Assembly: GCF_006345805.1 (NCBI RefSeq)
Contig: NW_021831909.1
Coordinates: 1-34,033, forward strand
DNA from: Octopus sinensis
Taxonomy: Eukaryota
DNA length: 34,033 bases
Reading direction: 5' to 3'
Shown: positions 13,221-25,905 of the stretch, piece by piece
How positions within the stretch are numbered: position 1 is the first letter of the stretch
Layout of the letters: each line of letters starts with the position of its first letter
Made by a program: the position numbers and the translations under genes
The notes under the pieces: model-generated
The model's database searches: none
What the model was told of the DNA's origin: nothing
The model's input: the letters and a program-made list of their open reading frames with translations, nothing else

Positions 13221-13890
13221 GTGTATGTATGTATGTATGTATGTATTTATGTATGTATGTGTGTATTTATGTATGTATATTTGCATGTATGTATGTATGT
13301 ATGTATGTATTTATGTATGTATGTTTGCATGTTTGCATGTATGTATGTATGTGTGTATGTATGTATGTATGTATGTATGTATGTACGTACGTACGTATGT
13401 ATGTATGTATTTATGTATGTATGTTTGCATGTTTGCATGTATGTATGTATGTGTGTATGTATGTATGAATGTATGTATGTATGTATGTATGCATGTATGC
13501 ATGTAAGTATGTATGTATGTATGTATGTATGTATGTATGCATGTATGTATGTATGTATGTATGTATGTGTGTATGTATGTATGTATGTATGTATGTATTT
13601 ATGTATGTATGTTTGCATGTTTGCATGTATGTATGTATGTGTGTATGTATGTATGTATGTATGCATGAATGTATGTATGTATGTATGTATGCATGTATGT
13701 ATGTACGTATGTATGCATGTATGTTTGCATGTATGTATGCATGTATGTATGTATGTTTGCATCTATGTATGTATGTATGCATGTATGCATGTAAGTATGT
13801 ATGTATGTATGTATGTATGTATGCATGTATGTATGTATGTATGTATGTATGTATGTATGTATGTATGTATGTATGTATGTATGTATGTAT
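13221..13890. repeat. (TATG)n tetranucleotide array of about 670 bp with variant units
   Basis: Visible directly. It accounts for the long MYVC and HTYI pseudo-ORFs. Confidence 0.97.
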
Positions 13891-14826
13891 GTGTGTGTGT
13901 ATTTCTGTGCATTTACAGTGTGTGTGTCTGCCTGTGTGCGTATGTTCTGCCTTCTCTGAAAGTGGATATAATTTCAAAAATCAAAACTCTCTCTAACATG
14001 ATTTTTCATATCTCACTGTTTTGTATTTTGCTCTTCAAACTGGCCAAATTCAACTACATCATGTATACAAATTACCTCCGTCACAATTCTATTCTTTTTC
14101 TCTTTTGCATTGTATATGCCTAAAGTATTCCGTCTTAGATACAAAGCAGATGCCTGCTGTGATGATAACTACCATTGAGGCAGAAATACGTATTCAAAGC
14201 TGTCTTCTTGTGCCAAGACAAGCACACTGTCTTTAACATGTTTGGTTTGAAGAATCGTTGGTTCTTGATATTATCTCCGTTCTTCACTTATTTTCTACCT
14301 TTCCTCTAAACAGAGATAATTTCTTTAAAACAAGATTACATCTTTTATGTCATTTACATGCCTTTATTTGTCTTTGATTTCTACCCCTCTCTATTTCGCT
14401 TTCTTTGTGTATATAAGTGGAGAGAGCAGGAAAAAACAGAGATAGATGATTATATATATGTATATATTATATATATATATATATATAATAATATATATAT
14501 ACATATACGCACACACAAATATATATATGTATATATGTATGTATGTGTATGTGTGTATATATAAATCTATATGTATGTATGTATGGTATGAGTGTGTCTC
14601 TAATGAAGATATATTGTATTTATCTTTAGACTATTGCTTGTTCCAATCATTAGACAGCGACCATAAGTATATGAGCATGTATATATACATATACATACGT
14701 AAGTATATACACACACAAGCACACATACACACACACATATATATATATATGTATATAGGAATAATTACTATGAAGGATTGCGTAAAATATATTGAATAAA
14801 TAATCGTGGGCAAGGCCAAAAACACA

Positions 14827-14999
14827 GCGAAGTAAATACAAAGTAAATCACAAGAAAACAAATATGTGAATTAATGTAGACTTACCTTGTATTCAATATT
14901 TCTTGACAATGGGATCCTAACCCCGAAATATTGAATACAAGGTAAGTCTATATTAATTCACTATTGTTTTTTTTGTGATTTACCTTGCATTTACTTTGC
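14827..14999. repeat. Long inverted repeat / fold-back (MITE-like or hairpin-RNA candidate)
   Basis: The 37-bp core arm 14866-14902 pairs with 14925-14961 with one G-T pair, around a 22-nt loop. The outer arms extend with few mismatches to 14827 and 14999. Confidence 0.9.
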
Positions 15000-15036
15000 A
15001 TTGTTTCAGCCTTAACCTGATCCTTTATACAATATG

Positions 15037-15068
<32 letters not shown>

Positions 15069-15079
15069 TATATATATAC

Positions 15080-15127
<48 letters not shown>

Positions 15128-15365
15128 TATATATATATATATACATATATACACACGCACACACAATATATATAAACGTGTATGTGTTTATGTGTCTATA
15201 ATTTGTATATACAGATATATACATACTATATGATATATATTACATTATATAATTAGGGCTTAGTAAAATATAATGTATATTTTGAATTCGCCTTAAATGG
15301 TCCTTTTACATACTGAACACTTGTGAAATTGATTAATTAATTAATTTTACCCTCAATTGTTGATA

Positions 15366-15398
<33 letters not shown>

Positions 15399-15630
15399 TG
15401 TATAATATATATATATATATATGTATGCTTATATAAAACATTATATACACAAGAAAAGTATAAATGAATAAATATGTGTGTACTTGGAGTGCCACATTCA
15501 GACATATCTATGTATAAATGTGTATGTGTGTGTGTTTGTGTGAGTGTGATGTGTGAGTGGTATATGTGTGTGCGCGTATGTGTTGAGAGAGAAAGAAAAT
15601 GCATATATATACATATATACATATATATAC

Positions 15631-15661
<31 letters not shown>

Positions 15662-15777
15662 ATATTTCATTTATTTATATATAATATGTGTGTATATATA
15701 TATATACATATATATATATAACATATATATTTATATACATATATATATATATATAATATATATATACATATATATAT

Positions 15778-15823
<46 letters not shown>

Positions 15824-16071
15824 TATATAATATATATGCAATTTATATAGATAGATTTATGTGTGAGCGCATATACATGCATATACATATACGGGTGTAT
15901 TGCGTGTGTGTATATTTATATGTGTGTCTGTACATATGTGCATGAGGCCTTTTATTTAAGGTAATAAATTATGAAGTGTATATGTAAACGTATATTTGCT
16001 CATCTGTATTTACATTCACGTGCATACAATAACATCCACATATACACATCTATCAATATATATTATGTATG

Positions 16072-16102
<31 letters not shown>

Positions 16103-16140
16103 CTATATATATATATATATATATACGTATGTATATATAT

Positions 16141-16199
<59 letters not shown>

Positions 16200-16916
16200 G
16201 AATGTATGTATATACACATATATTCATATATAGTTGTGTGTATATAATATGCGTATTATAAGCATGTATTCGAACATATGCACCGATCTTCTCGCTTTCG
16301 CGTGTGTGTCTGTGGGTATATAGACATGCTTATATAAAGTGAGACACCGTGTGATGTACGTGAGCATACTATATATATGTATGTACACGCCTTTGTGTAC
16401 GCAATGCATGTATGGAGATGTGCGCCATGTATGTATATTTGTAAATATGCGTGTGTTAATGCATTTCCTCAATTTGGAGATATATATACATCTTGTGTAT
16501 ATTTCTGTTTCTCTCTGTTCGCTTTCCAGACATTTGTACATTACTGCATATACTCTATACGCACTTTCTGACAAGTTGTGGTGCACCTGAGCACTGTATA
16601 CAATAATTTCATTATTATTATTTTTATTAAATGTAAATTTACGCACAGACACATATGTATGCATGTTTGTATATATATTTATGTATGTGTGTGTGTGCAT
16701 ATGTATGTGCGTGTATATATATATATATGTATATATATATATGCGAGTTTGTGTGCGTGTATATACGTGTGTATGTTTGTGTGTCTGTCTGTACATATAT
16801 GTGCTTATGTAATTGTATAAGTCTACATTCTCAACGTACGTAATTGGTGAGAATGTGTGTTTTTTATGTTTTCGTTTTCTTTCTCTGTCTGAGAAATCAC
16901 AAAATTCCAGTGAAGT

Positions 16917-17154
16917 TTACAATTTAAGGTAACTATTAAGGTTATTTTGTGCGGAAGGTTTCGGTGAAACCTCTTCGTTAGTTGTCTCCTCTACAGCACC
17001 ATTGGGTACACGGGTGGATACGGGTAGAGATGAGTTGGATGGAAGCCAGGTATCGTTATCCTGGTAGCTTGATAATGTGGCTTCCCAGACGGCATCGATT
17101 GAAGGGCGTGCGTTGTTCAAATTGCTGATGTCAAGGGTCAGCTTGGTACATTCA
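16917..17154 (-). CDS. DNER: Probable terminal coding exon (phase 2 start): cytoplasmic tail of the DNER-like protein
   Basis: Strong acceptor ttttgtctttctttcatcatttcag|T. GA|T joins to Asp, then ECTKLTLDISNLNNARPSIDAVWEATLSSYQDNDTWLPSNSSLPVSTRVPNGAVEETTNEEVSPKPSAQNNLNSYLKL* (TAA ends at 16917). The other two frames hit stops at once, so only the frame matching the upstream phase-2 donor is open. An internal donor and a further exon cannot be excluded. Confidence 0.85.
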
Positions 17155-17342
17155 CTGAAATGATGAAAGAAAGACAAAAATTACATTTCGTTCCAGCATT
17201 TTCTATAAGAATTGATTAAAGATTAAAATTTGCTAAATTTGCTCGTTGAAATGTCACATGACCTCATCAATATTTTGTGAATCACATCGTTTCTAACTGC
17301 TTTATATCCACTCACCTGTTTTCACACCCCACCGTATATGTA

Positions 17343-17765
17343 TACTCTTTTACTCTTTTACTCTTTTACTCTTTTACTTGTTTCAGTCATTTGACTGCGG
17401 CCATGCTGGAGCACCTCCTTTAATCGAGCAACTCGACCCCGGGACTTACTCTTTTGTAAGCCCAGTACTTATTCTATCGGACTCTTTTGCCGAACCGCTA
17501 AGTAACGGGACCATAAACACACCAGCATCGGTTGTCAAGCAATGCTAAGGAACAAACACAGACACACAAACACACACACGTATATATATGCATATATACA
17601 TATATATGACGGGCTTCTTTCAGTTTCCATCTACCAAATCCACTCACAAGGCTTTGGTCGGCCCGAGGCTATAGTAGAAGACACATGCCCAAGGTGCCAC
17701 GCAGTGGTACTGAACCCGGAACCATGTGGTTGGTAGACAAGCTACTTACCACACAGCCACTCCTG
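17343..17765 (-). mobile_element. SINE family B, full length, intronic (sense to the gene)
   Basis: Collinear with 3095-3503. The tail is a tandem 8-mer, (CTCTTTTA)x4 on +. Confidence 0.92.
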
Positions 17766-18019
17766 TATGTATATATATGTATATGTATGTATACACACAA
17801 ATACACAGACATTTACATGTATGTGTAAATTATAGAGCAGTAGAGTAATTAGACAAGGATAGTTATGGCCGGTCTTTGGGGTTAGCCAGGGTTTCACGTC
17901 CATAAAGCGCTTAGGTTTACAGCGTCTCTTGAGACTCTAATGGCTGATGGACTATAAACTTTCCTCAAAGATGAGAGAGAAAAGACATCGTATCAAGCTG
18001 TTGAACACACGGGCAAAGG

Positions 18020-18275
18020 AGAAGGCGTAAAACGTGTGTAGGTAGGATGTTCCTGAGGCTAGTAGATAAGCACTTTACACAATCACATAGGCACAGGCGC
18101 ATATTCAACAGACAGAACCTAAGAATCTTTTTGATAATAGTTCCGAATAGTAAGAGTATTTTAGTTAACACCCCTAGACCACGAGCAGAGCCGAGATGCT
18201 TATATAAAGAACTACAGCAGATGCCTAGTGAGAGGTAAATGCGAAACCAGGGGAGTCGTTTAAGAGGCTGAGGTG
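18020..18275 (+). mobile_element. Decayed Penelope-like element ORF fragment (RT thumb, Cys linker, start of GIY-YIG)
   Basis: Translates to KTCVGRMFLRLVDKHFTQSHRHRRIFNRQNL, then after frameshifts CLVRGKCETRGVV*EAEV. This matches the recalled PLE pattern KTNIGK.FL.LIDKHF....H.LHKIFNRN...CP..GKC....VVY.A.V. Confidence 0.75.
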
Positions 18276-18484
18276 GTACCCGACCCTAATAGCCGTGGCA
18301 GCTTCCCCAACTAGCACCATCGTTAATGATAATTTTAATAATGATAACAATAATAACGACAGCTGCAGCAACATCAACACCAATAACGCCGCCAATGATG
18401 TCCCCAGAGCCAGCATTAACGATGCCAACACCGACACCTACACAAACAACGCCAGCACCAGCAACATCAAAAATACACACACAG

Positions 18485-18528
<44 letters not shown>

Positions 18529-18590
18529 GTGTACATATTATATATATGTATATATATATGTACATATATATATATATGTATATATATATG

Positions 18591-18628
<38 letters not shown>

Positions 18629-18696
18629 ATTATATATATATATATATAATATATACGTACATTATATATATATATATATATATTATATATATGTAC

Positions 18697-18731
<35 letters not shown>

Positions 18732-19537
18732 ATATATATATATATATAATATATATATATATACATATACTGTAATTGTGCCCCTCACTTTATAGAACCA
18801 CCCCTACATCTGCCACATATTCTCTGAGTAATACACAACGGTCTTGAAATGAAAAGAGATTGGATTCTTGATTTGAAAACGTGGTCTTAGACATTGTCCC
18901 GTTTTTCATTCAGATAGTACGCCTGAAATATAGACCGGATAGTCACGAATGGGGTGTCTTAAATCACAGATTGGATCAGTATCAGAATCAACGAAGGGTT
19001 AAAGAATAATAATATGGTAAATATAAGCATGGCTGGAAAAGTTTCCACCATAGGTTAGCTGAGTGAAGAAGGAACACGGTATAAAAAAAAAAAGCAAGAA
19101 TTGCTAAGCAATGTAGTACCAATTTCTATACAAGAGAGGAACAGAGCTTGGTGCAGCATTTTGACATATCGATTTAAATAGAGAAAAAAATGAAATCATG
19201 TTTAGATGCCGCTTCGAAAACAAATATTGCTGCAATTAATTATAGGCGAAAGATAAGCGTCATCACAGTGGCCTCTCGCTGTTTTAGAAAAATGGTTTCC
19301 AGCCATCCACCCACCATATAAGTAACAATGGTAATGATAATGATACTGATATTGTACACACACCCGTATCTATGCATGTACGTATTTATGTGCATGTATA
19401 AGCGCGTTTATATAAGGGTATGTATTCGTATTTATAACAATGCATACACATGTAAATGAATATACATTTGGTTATGTATATGTACACGTATTCAGGCACA
19501 CATATGTGCTTATGTATATATATATATATATATACCC

Positions 19538-19581
<44 letters not shown>

Positions 19582-19679
19582 ATATATATATATGTATATA
19601 TATTTGTATATGTATGTAGATCTGTATACATTTATAGATATACGTGCGTATGTTCTCACACACACGCTCACACACACAT

Positions 19680-19714
<35 letters not shown>

Positions 19715-20613
19715 CATGCATATACACATATATGCATACACATTCATACATATATGTGCATATATTCATTACATATATATATATAGACACAGACAGGCAC
19801 ACACATATAAACACACACACACGTATATATACATATGCACATTCACTCAAAGAATATAGAAAGAAAAGAATGAACAGAGAGAGAGAGAGAGAGATTGAGA
19901 GAGACAAAAGTGTGTAAGTGAAATAAATAAACACTCTCTTATTTGTTGAATAATATATGAAATCGCATTACTTCATAACCAGAAAATATTCCATTGATAT
20001 CGCTTTGCTATCGATTTTCGTTCATAATCTGAACTGTGAAACAAGATTAACAGCCTTGCAGCGAACTATTCGATTCGGCTGTTCTTCTTTTCTCACGTCT
20101 CTCTTCCTCCATGTCTCCTTCTACTAAATATTTTCCCTTCCAAGTCAACTAGAAAGGAGGCTCCAATGAAGACAAAAAAAAACAAAAAAAAAAAAACAAC
20201 AAAAAAAACACACCATAAAACTAATTTTCTCCAAGAACAAATAGTTAAACATCGTAAAATATTCCTAACCGACAACAACAACAATAACAAAAATAACAAT
20301 ATCATTAACAACACTAGCAGTAACAACAACAACAATAGGAAGAAAAAAGAACGCCAATAACAATAACGGGAAAGCAATACCATCCATGCTTTATTCAGAA
20401 ATGTCATCCCCGCCTCAGATCTTTTGAATAATATCTCCATACTATTGTATTTATTTAATCGAAAGTTTATTTTGTTTTATGTTAGTTGTTTCCTTAGTTC
20501 TTTCTTGTTCTCGAACTCAATTAAGCGACGTTTTATACATACATATCCATATACTACATATACATATAGATATATCCATGCACACACACAGACACACACG
20601 CATACATAGACAG

Positions 20614-20647
<34 letters not shown>

Positions 20648-20831
20648 ATATATAAATATATATACGTACTCATATACACATACTTATTCACAGAAAAAAC
20701 ACACATATATATATGTAGATATACATACATACATACATATATATATTTATACATATATATACACATATATATTGGCATTATACACATACGTATACACATA
20801 CATATATACGGATGCATATGATTATACGTGC

Positions 20832-20889
<58 letters not shown>

Positions 20890-21535
20890 TGTTTGAACAC
20901 ATACATATATATGTAGTATATTCATGCATACATACATACATATACATAGGTAAATACACACATACGTGCATATACACACATGCATGTATGTCTCACTGTA
21001 TATATATATATATATGATATATGAATATACATTTATATGTAGCTATATATATGTGTGTGTGCGTGTGTGTGTGTGTCCGTATATATAAGTATGTAAACGT
21101 AAGTGCCTATGTATGAACGCATGCACAAACGCATACGCAAAATAGATTAATGTTTAAATATATCAATAGCGAAATAGTGTGAAGATATTAGCATACAATT
21201 CTTCAAGTGTTACTTTTAAGTTTGGATTGTCAGCTATGATTAAGAGTTCAATTAGTGGAAGCAAATCTTTATTTTCGATATAAGTTTATACAGAACAAAG
21301 ATAACAGAGATTCTTGAATATGTTTACTAAGTCAGGTAAGTAACTGAACGTTATCTGTGTTGAGCAGAAAGCTGTGTAAATAGATTAAAGATTTTGTTTA
21401 CTCTAGGAATTTTGTAAGGGAATGAAAATGGAAATGTGGGACAATCGTGCATTCTTTTAATGCATTAATGCTTTGAAATCGAACAGGTATCACGGCGCTA
21501 GAGTTGCGTCAACGAATGGATTACAGGTGAACATG

Positions 21536-21962
21536 CTCTTTTTACGCTTTTACTTGTTTTAGTCATTTGACTGCGGCCATGCTAGAGCACTGCCTTTAGT
21601 TGAGCAAATCGACCCCAGGATTTATTCTTTGTAAGTTTAGTACTTATTCTCTATCGGTCTATTTTGCCGAACCGCTAAGTTACGGGGACGTAAACACACC
21701 GGCATCGGTTGTCAAGCGATGTTGGGTGGAGGAGATAAACATAGAAACACAAACATGTACACACACACACACATATATATATATATACTTACATATATAC
21801 GACGGGCGTCTTTCAGTTTCCGTCTACCAAATCCACTCACAAGGCTTTGGTCGGCCCGAGGCTATAGTAGAAGACACTTGCCTGAGGTGCCACACAGTGG
21901 AACTGAACCCAGAACCATGTGGTTGGTAAGCAAGCTACTTACCACACAGCTACGCCTGCGCA
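21536..21962 (-). mobile_element. SINE family B, full length, intronic
   Basis: Collinear with the other two family B copies, including the internal (CA)n(TA)n block. Confidence 0.92.
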
Positions 21963-23607
21963 TATATGTGCATCAGTGACTTCTAGCGGTGGAAGCCTGG
22001 GCTACGAATATCTTGTCCCACAGAGGATGTTTCCGTTTAATTTGGAGTACCCCCTGGTATATATACATGTATTCAACTTTCGTGGTTCTGAGATTCACGT
22101 TTCCGACCTCAGAACTTAATTTGAGGAATGAAACAAGGAAATACTTTTTAAGAATAATCATAAACAGAAACAGAAAAGAAGTATTTGACTGAATTTCTGT
22201 ATAACCGCTCTTTTAATGGAAACTGCGTTTTCATGCTAGAATAGGACGAGATATCTCAACCAAATTTCTACGTGAGAATGACAACAAATGAATTTCAAAA
22301 CAAGATACTAACCACTCAGGTATTTGTTAGTAGCAAATTCTCGACTGGTCTTCGCAATTATTTCTGAAGAGTGAAGGAAATTTTTGACACTGACTTTGGC
22401 GTAACGAAGACTATTATTGTTCTTGAGCCTAGTTACGATAAGAACGGGAATAAGCATACTTGTTGTCTTTACTTAATGGAAAAGGTTTTAGTTTTACCAC
22501 AGAATGAAGAAAACCTTGAATTCAGGAAATGATATTGTTTGCATAAACTGAAACATCTACTAAGTAATTTTCAACAAACACATCTGCCATAGAAAATTTG
22601 TGACGAGAAGTTTTGTGACATTATTACATAATATATTTCCAAGATCGTTTTCGTTTTTTTCGCGTTCTTTAGAAATCTTCTCTTTGTCGCATTTCAGGCT
22701 ATTATAGATGTCTTTGAGAATGAAAAGCAAGTTCTGAACGCATTTTGAATTTTAAGTATATTTTTTTTTACAATATACTTTATTATTCTTTTACTTTTAG
22801 TCACCACTTTCCCATGTTTAATATTTTCTATTATTTGAACGTCAATGGAGTTTTGTGAATGATCTAAAATATCTGTAAATATTATTATTCTATTTTACTA
22901 TCATTTATTCACTTCCTGTTTATTCATTTTGGTTAGTTAGCTGGAATTATCATTTCATATGCATCCAATCAAACATATTTCTACGTGATCTTTTTTCTTT
23001 TCACGCATCCAAATGCATCCAATCAAATGCTCACTGTAGATTCTCCTTATTTGAATATTCTTTTTAATGATTTCCTGCTTCAATCCTTATATTTCGCTCG
23101 AAAACGGCTAATATGAAATCCAGTCATAAAATTTGAAGTGTCCATGACGTTCTTTTTCCTTCTTCTAAGCGGTTAAGTTTTTTTCTATCCTCGTCGTTAT
23201 ACACGCACACATATAAACATGTATATGATAATAAAAAAAAATAAACATAGGACAACATTAACGCCGATAGCTACCCCTCGTCGATCGTTGAGCAAATATC
23301 ATTACGATTTCGATACCTTCCAACATGTATGTGTATGCGTGTGTGGCTGTATGTGTGCTTGTGTGTGTGTGTATGCGTGTGTGTGCGCGCGCACGTATGT
23401 TCGCGTGTGTGTATGTGTTCGGGTGCGCGTGATTGTGTGCGAGCGTGTGTGGAGAGAGTGAGAGAGAGAGAGAAGGAAAGAAATGAAGTAATAAAGAGAG
23501 AAAGGAAGAAACGCAGTGCGTGTGAGTGATAAGGAGAAAGAATCGTGGAGTGGATGCATAATACACAGACGGATCGAAGATATAAGTGAGGGAAACAAAG
23601 AAACTAT

Positions 23608-24196
23608 GGAAGGAAGGAAGGAATGAATGAAGGAAGGAAAGAAGGAAGGAAGGAAGGAAGGAAGGAAAGAGGAAGGAAGGAAGGAAGGATGGAAGGAAGG
23701 AAAGAAGGAAGGAAGGAAGGAAGAAGGAAGGAAGGAAGGAAGGAAAGAAGGAAGGAAGGAAGGAAGGAAGGAAGGAAGAAGAAGGAAGGAAGGAAGGAAG
23801 GAAGGAAAGAAGGAAGGAAGGAAGGAAAGAAGGAAGGAAAGAAGGAAAGAAGGAGGAAGGAAGGAAAGAAGGAAGAAGGAAGGAAGGGAAGGAAGGAAGA
23901 AGGAAGGATGGATGGAAGGAAGGAAAGAAGGAAGGAAGGAAAGAAAGAAGGAAGAAAGTAAGGAAGGAAAGAAGGAAGGAAGGAAGGAAGGAAGGAAGGA
24001 AAACAAGAAGGAAAGAAGGAAAGAAGGAAAGAAGGAAGGAAGGAAGGAAGGAAGGAAGGAAAGAAAGAAGGAGGAAGAAAGGAAGGAAGGAAGGAAGGAA
24101 GGAAAGAAAGAAGGAAGGAAGGAAAGAAAGAAGGAAGGAAGGAAAGAAGGAAGGGAGGAAGGGAAGGAAGGAAGGAAAGAAAGAAGGAAGGAAGGA
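23608..24196. repeat. (GGAA)n/(GAAA)n polypurine array of about 590 bp
   Basis: Visible directly. It produces the FLPS and KEGR pseudo-ORFs. Confidence 0.97.
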
Positions 24197-24847
24197 GTAA
24201 CATGTACTATTTACTTTTGATTTACTGATAACGGACACGAATAACATGAACACTAACAGCAAAACCAGCAACAATAACACCAACTACAACAACAAAATCA
24301 TCAACACCACCACCACCACCAATACTAGTTCTAACAATAATTATCACTCTCTGCAGTCACCTAGTATCACTGAAAATACTAATGTTCATAAGTCTCCTAA
24401 ATAATGTAATCGTTCAAACAAACTTTTATGCCCTTTCAATAAGTTATGCCTCACTAAAAATATTATCTAAAGATGTCATGTAATAACTAGTCTAACTACA
24501 TTTACCTACATAGGTTCCGCTTCTGTTATGTTAAGCAAAAAATATATACTCATTTTTATACTTTTAATAAACGTAATAAAACTAAGATTACATCACTCAC
24601 GGAAAAATATGGGGAATCAAAACAAAAAAAAATAGATTCCAAATTACTTGGGGAATAATAAAATATGCAATACCCTGGTTCTGATGACATTTAATGCGCT
24701 TAGTTATGGGAAATGCTTAAATGTTTGAATAATACATTTCACAAATCTAATGAGCTTCAGGTAAAATGATTGCCCTGGATTAGGAAAGCATTTTCATACT
24801 TTAAACCTGTCATCTAATATGCTTCGAATACTTGCTACTTATCTGTC

Positions 24848-25233
24848 GTGGAGGCGCAATGGCACAGTGGTTAGGGAAGCGGACTCGCGGTCGTAGGATC
24901 GCGGTTTCGATTCCCAGACCGGGCGTTGTGAGTGTTTATTGAGCGAAAACACCTAAAGCTCCACGAGGCTCCGGCAGGGATGGCGGTGATCCCTGCTGTA
25001 CTCTTTCACCACAACTTTCTCTCGCTCTTACTTCCTGTTTCTGGTGTACCTGTATTTCAAAGGGCCGGCCTTGTCACTCTCTGTGTCACGCTGAATATCC
25101 CCGAGAACTACGTTAAAGGTACACGTGTCTGTGGAGTGCTCAGCCACTTACACGTTAATTTCATGAGCAGGCTGTTTCGTTGATCGGATCAACCGGAACC
25201 CTCGTCGTCGTAACCGACGAAGTGCTTCCACCC
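24848..25233 (+). mobile_element. SINE family D (tRNA-Arg-like head), full length with target-site duplication
   Basis: A box TGGCACAGTGG and B-like box GGTTTCGATTCCC. Flanked by ACTTATCTGTC (24837-24847) and ACTTATCTATC (25234-25244), a 10/11 match. The 3' end recurs, diverged, at about 31035-31085. Confidence 0.88.
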
Positions 25234-25320
25234 ACTTATCTATCACTTCGTGGCTTCTGGTTTAACCATATTTTATAAAGTAGTTAAGTATACCTGTGTC
25301 ATTCAAATATTATTTATAGA

Positions 25321-25446
25321 CGAGGTCGACTTTGCCTTTCATCCTTTTGGAGTCGATAAATTAAGTACCAGTTGCATACTGGGGTCGATCTAATCGACTG
25401 GCCCCCTCCCCCAAAAGTTTCGTGCGTTGTGCCTACAGTAGAAAAG
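25321..25446 (+). mobile_element. 5'-truncated SINE family A copy with tail type ii
   Basis: Core CGAGGTCGACTTTGCCTTTCATCC...GGGGTCGAT followed by CCCCAAAAGTTTCGTGCGTTGTGCCTACAGTAGAAAAGG. Confidence 0.85.
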
Positions 25447-25865
25447 GATATTTTATGTCAAACCAAGGCTACAACACATCTATGATTCTGGTATGTTTTC
25501 AACGTGAAAATTAGCCATGAAATGATTTACATAAGTGAATTTAAATACTATGGTCGTTTCATCACTCCCCCTTAGATGGCGCTTTAAGCCACACCAGCTA
25601 ATTTTCCTACCAATTTATGTGTTCCTTTACAAAGAACCAGTAATCCAACGACGTTTGATTAATCTGGGTTTATGTATGGATTCTCACATGTTTGAAATAT
25701 TACATGCTCAACATTTTACTACAAGATAATGAGGTATATGTTACGATGTAATCTATGAATACATCAGTAAAATTCTACCGAAGCAGATGTCGTAGATTTT
25801 AAACGCCATTTGTGCTCTCGGTTATATATATATATATGTACATGTGTGTGTGTATCAATACATAC

Positions 25866-25905
<40 letters not shown>

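Noticed and set aside
12923-14123. Long ORFs up to 306 aa (MYVC and HTYI repeats)
   Set aside because: They are translations of the (TATG)n array, open in several frames on both strands, with no protein-like composition.
16500-16530. Strong plus-strand acceptor-like site (ttctgtttctctctgttcgctttccag)
   Set aside because: No downstream open frame or donor; probably a chance pyrimidine tract in the presumptive 3' UTR region.
18295-18480. Asn/Thr-rich ORF that could look like a mucin stalk
   Set aside because: Degenerate trinucleotide repeats on the strand opposite the gene, with no convincing splice sites.
23258-24283. ORFs of 341, 234, 199 and 197 aa (FLPS and KEGR repeats)
   Set aside because: They are translations of the GGAA microsatellite.
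24849-24925. tRNA-like sequences at the SINE heads (also 3430-3503, 4860-4929, 17700-17765, 21890-21962)
   Set aside because: They have A and B boxes but no intact cloverleaf and run directly into SINE bodies, so they are not functional tRNA genes.
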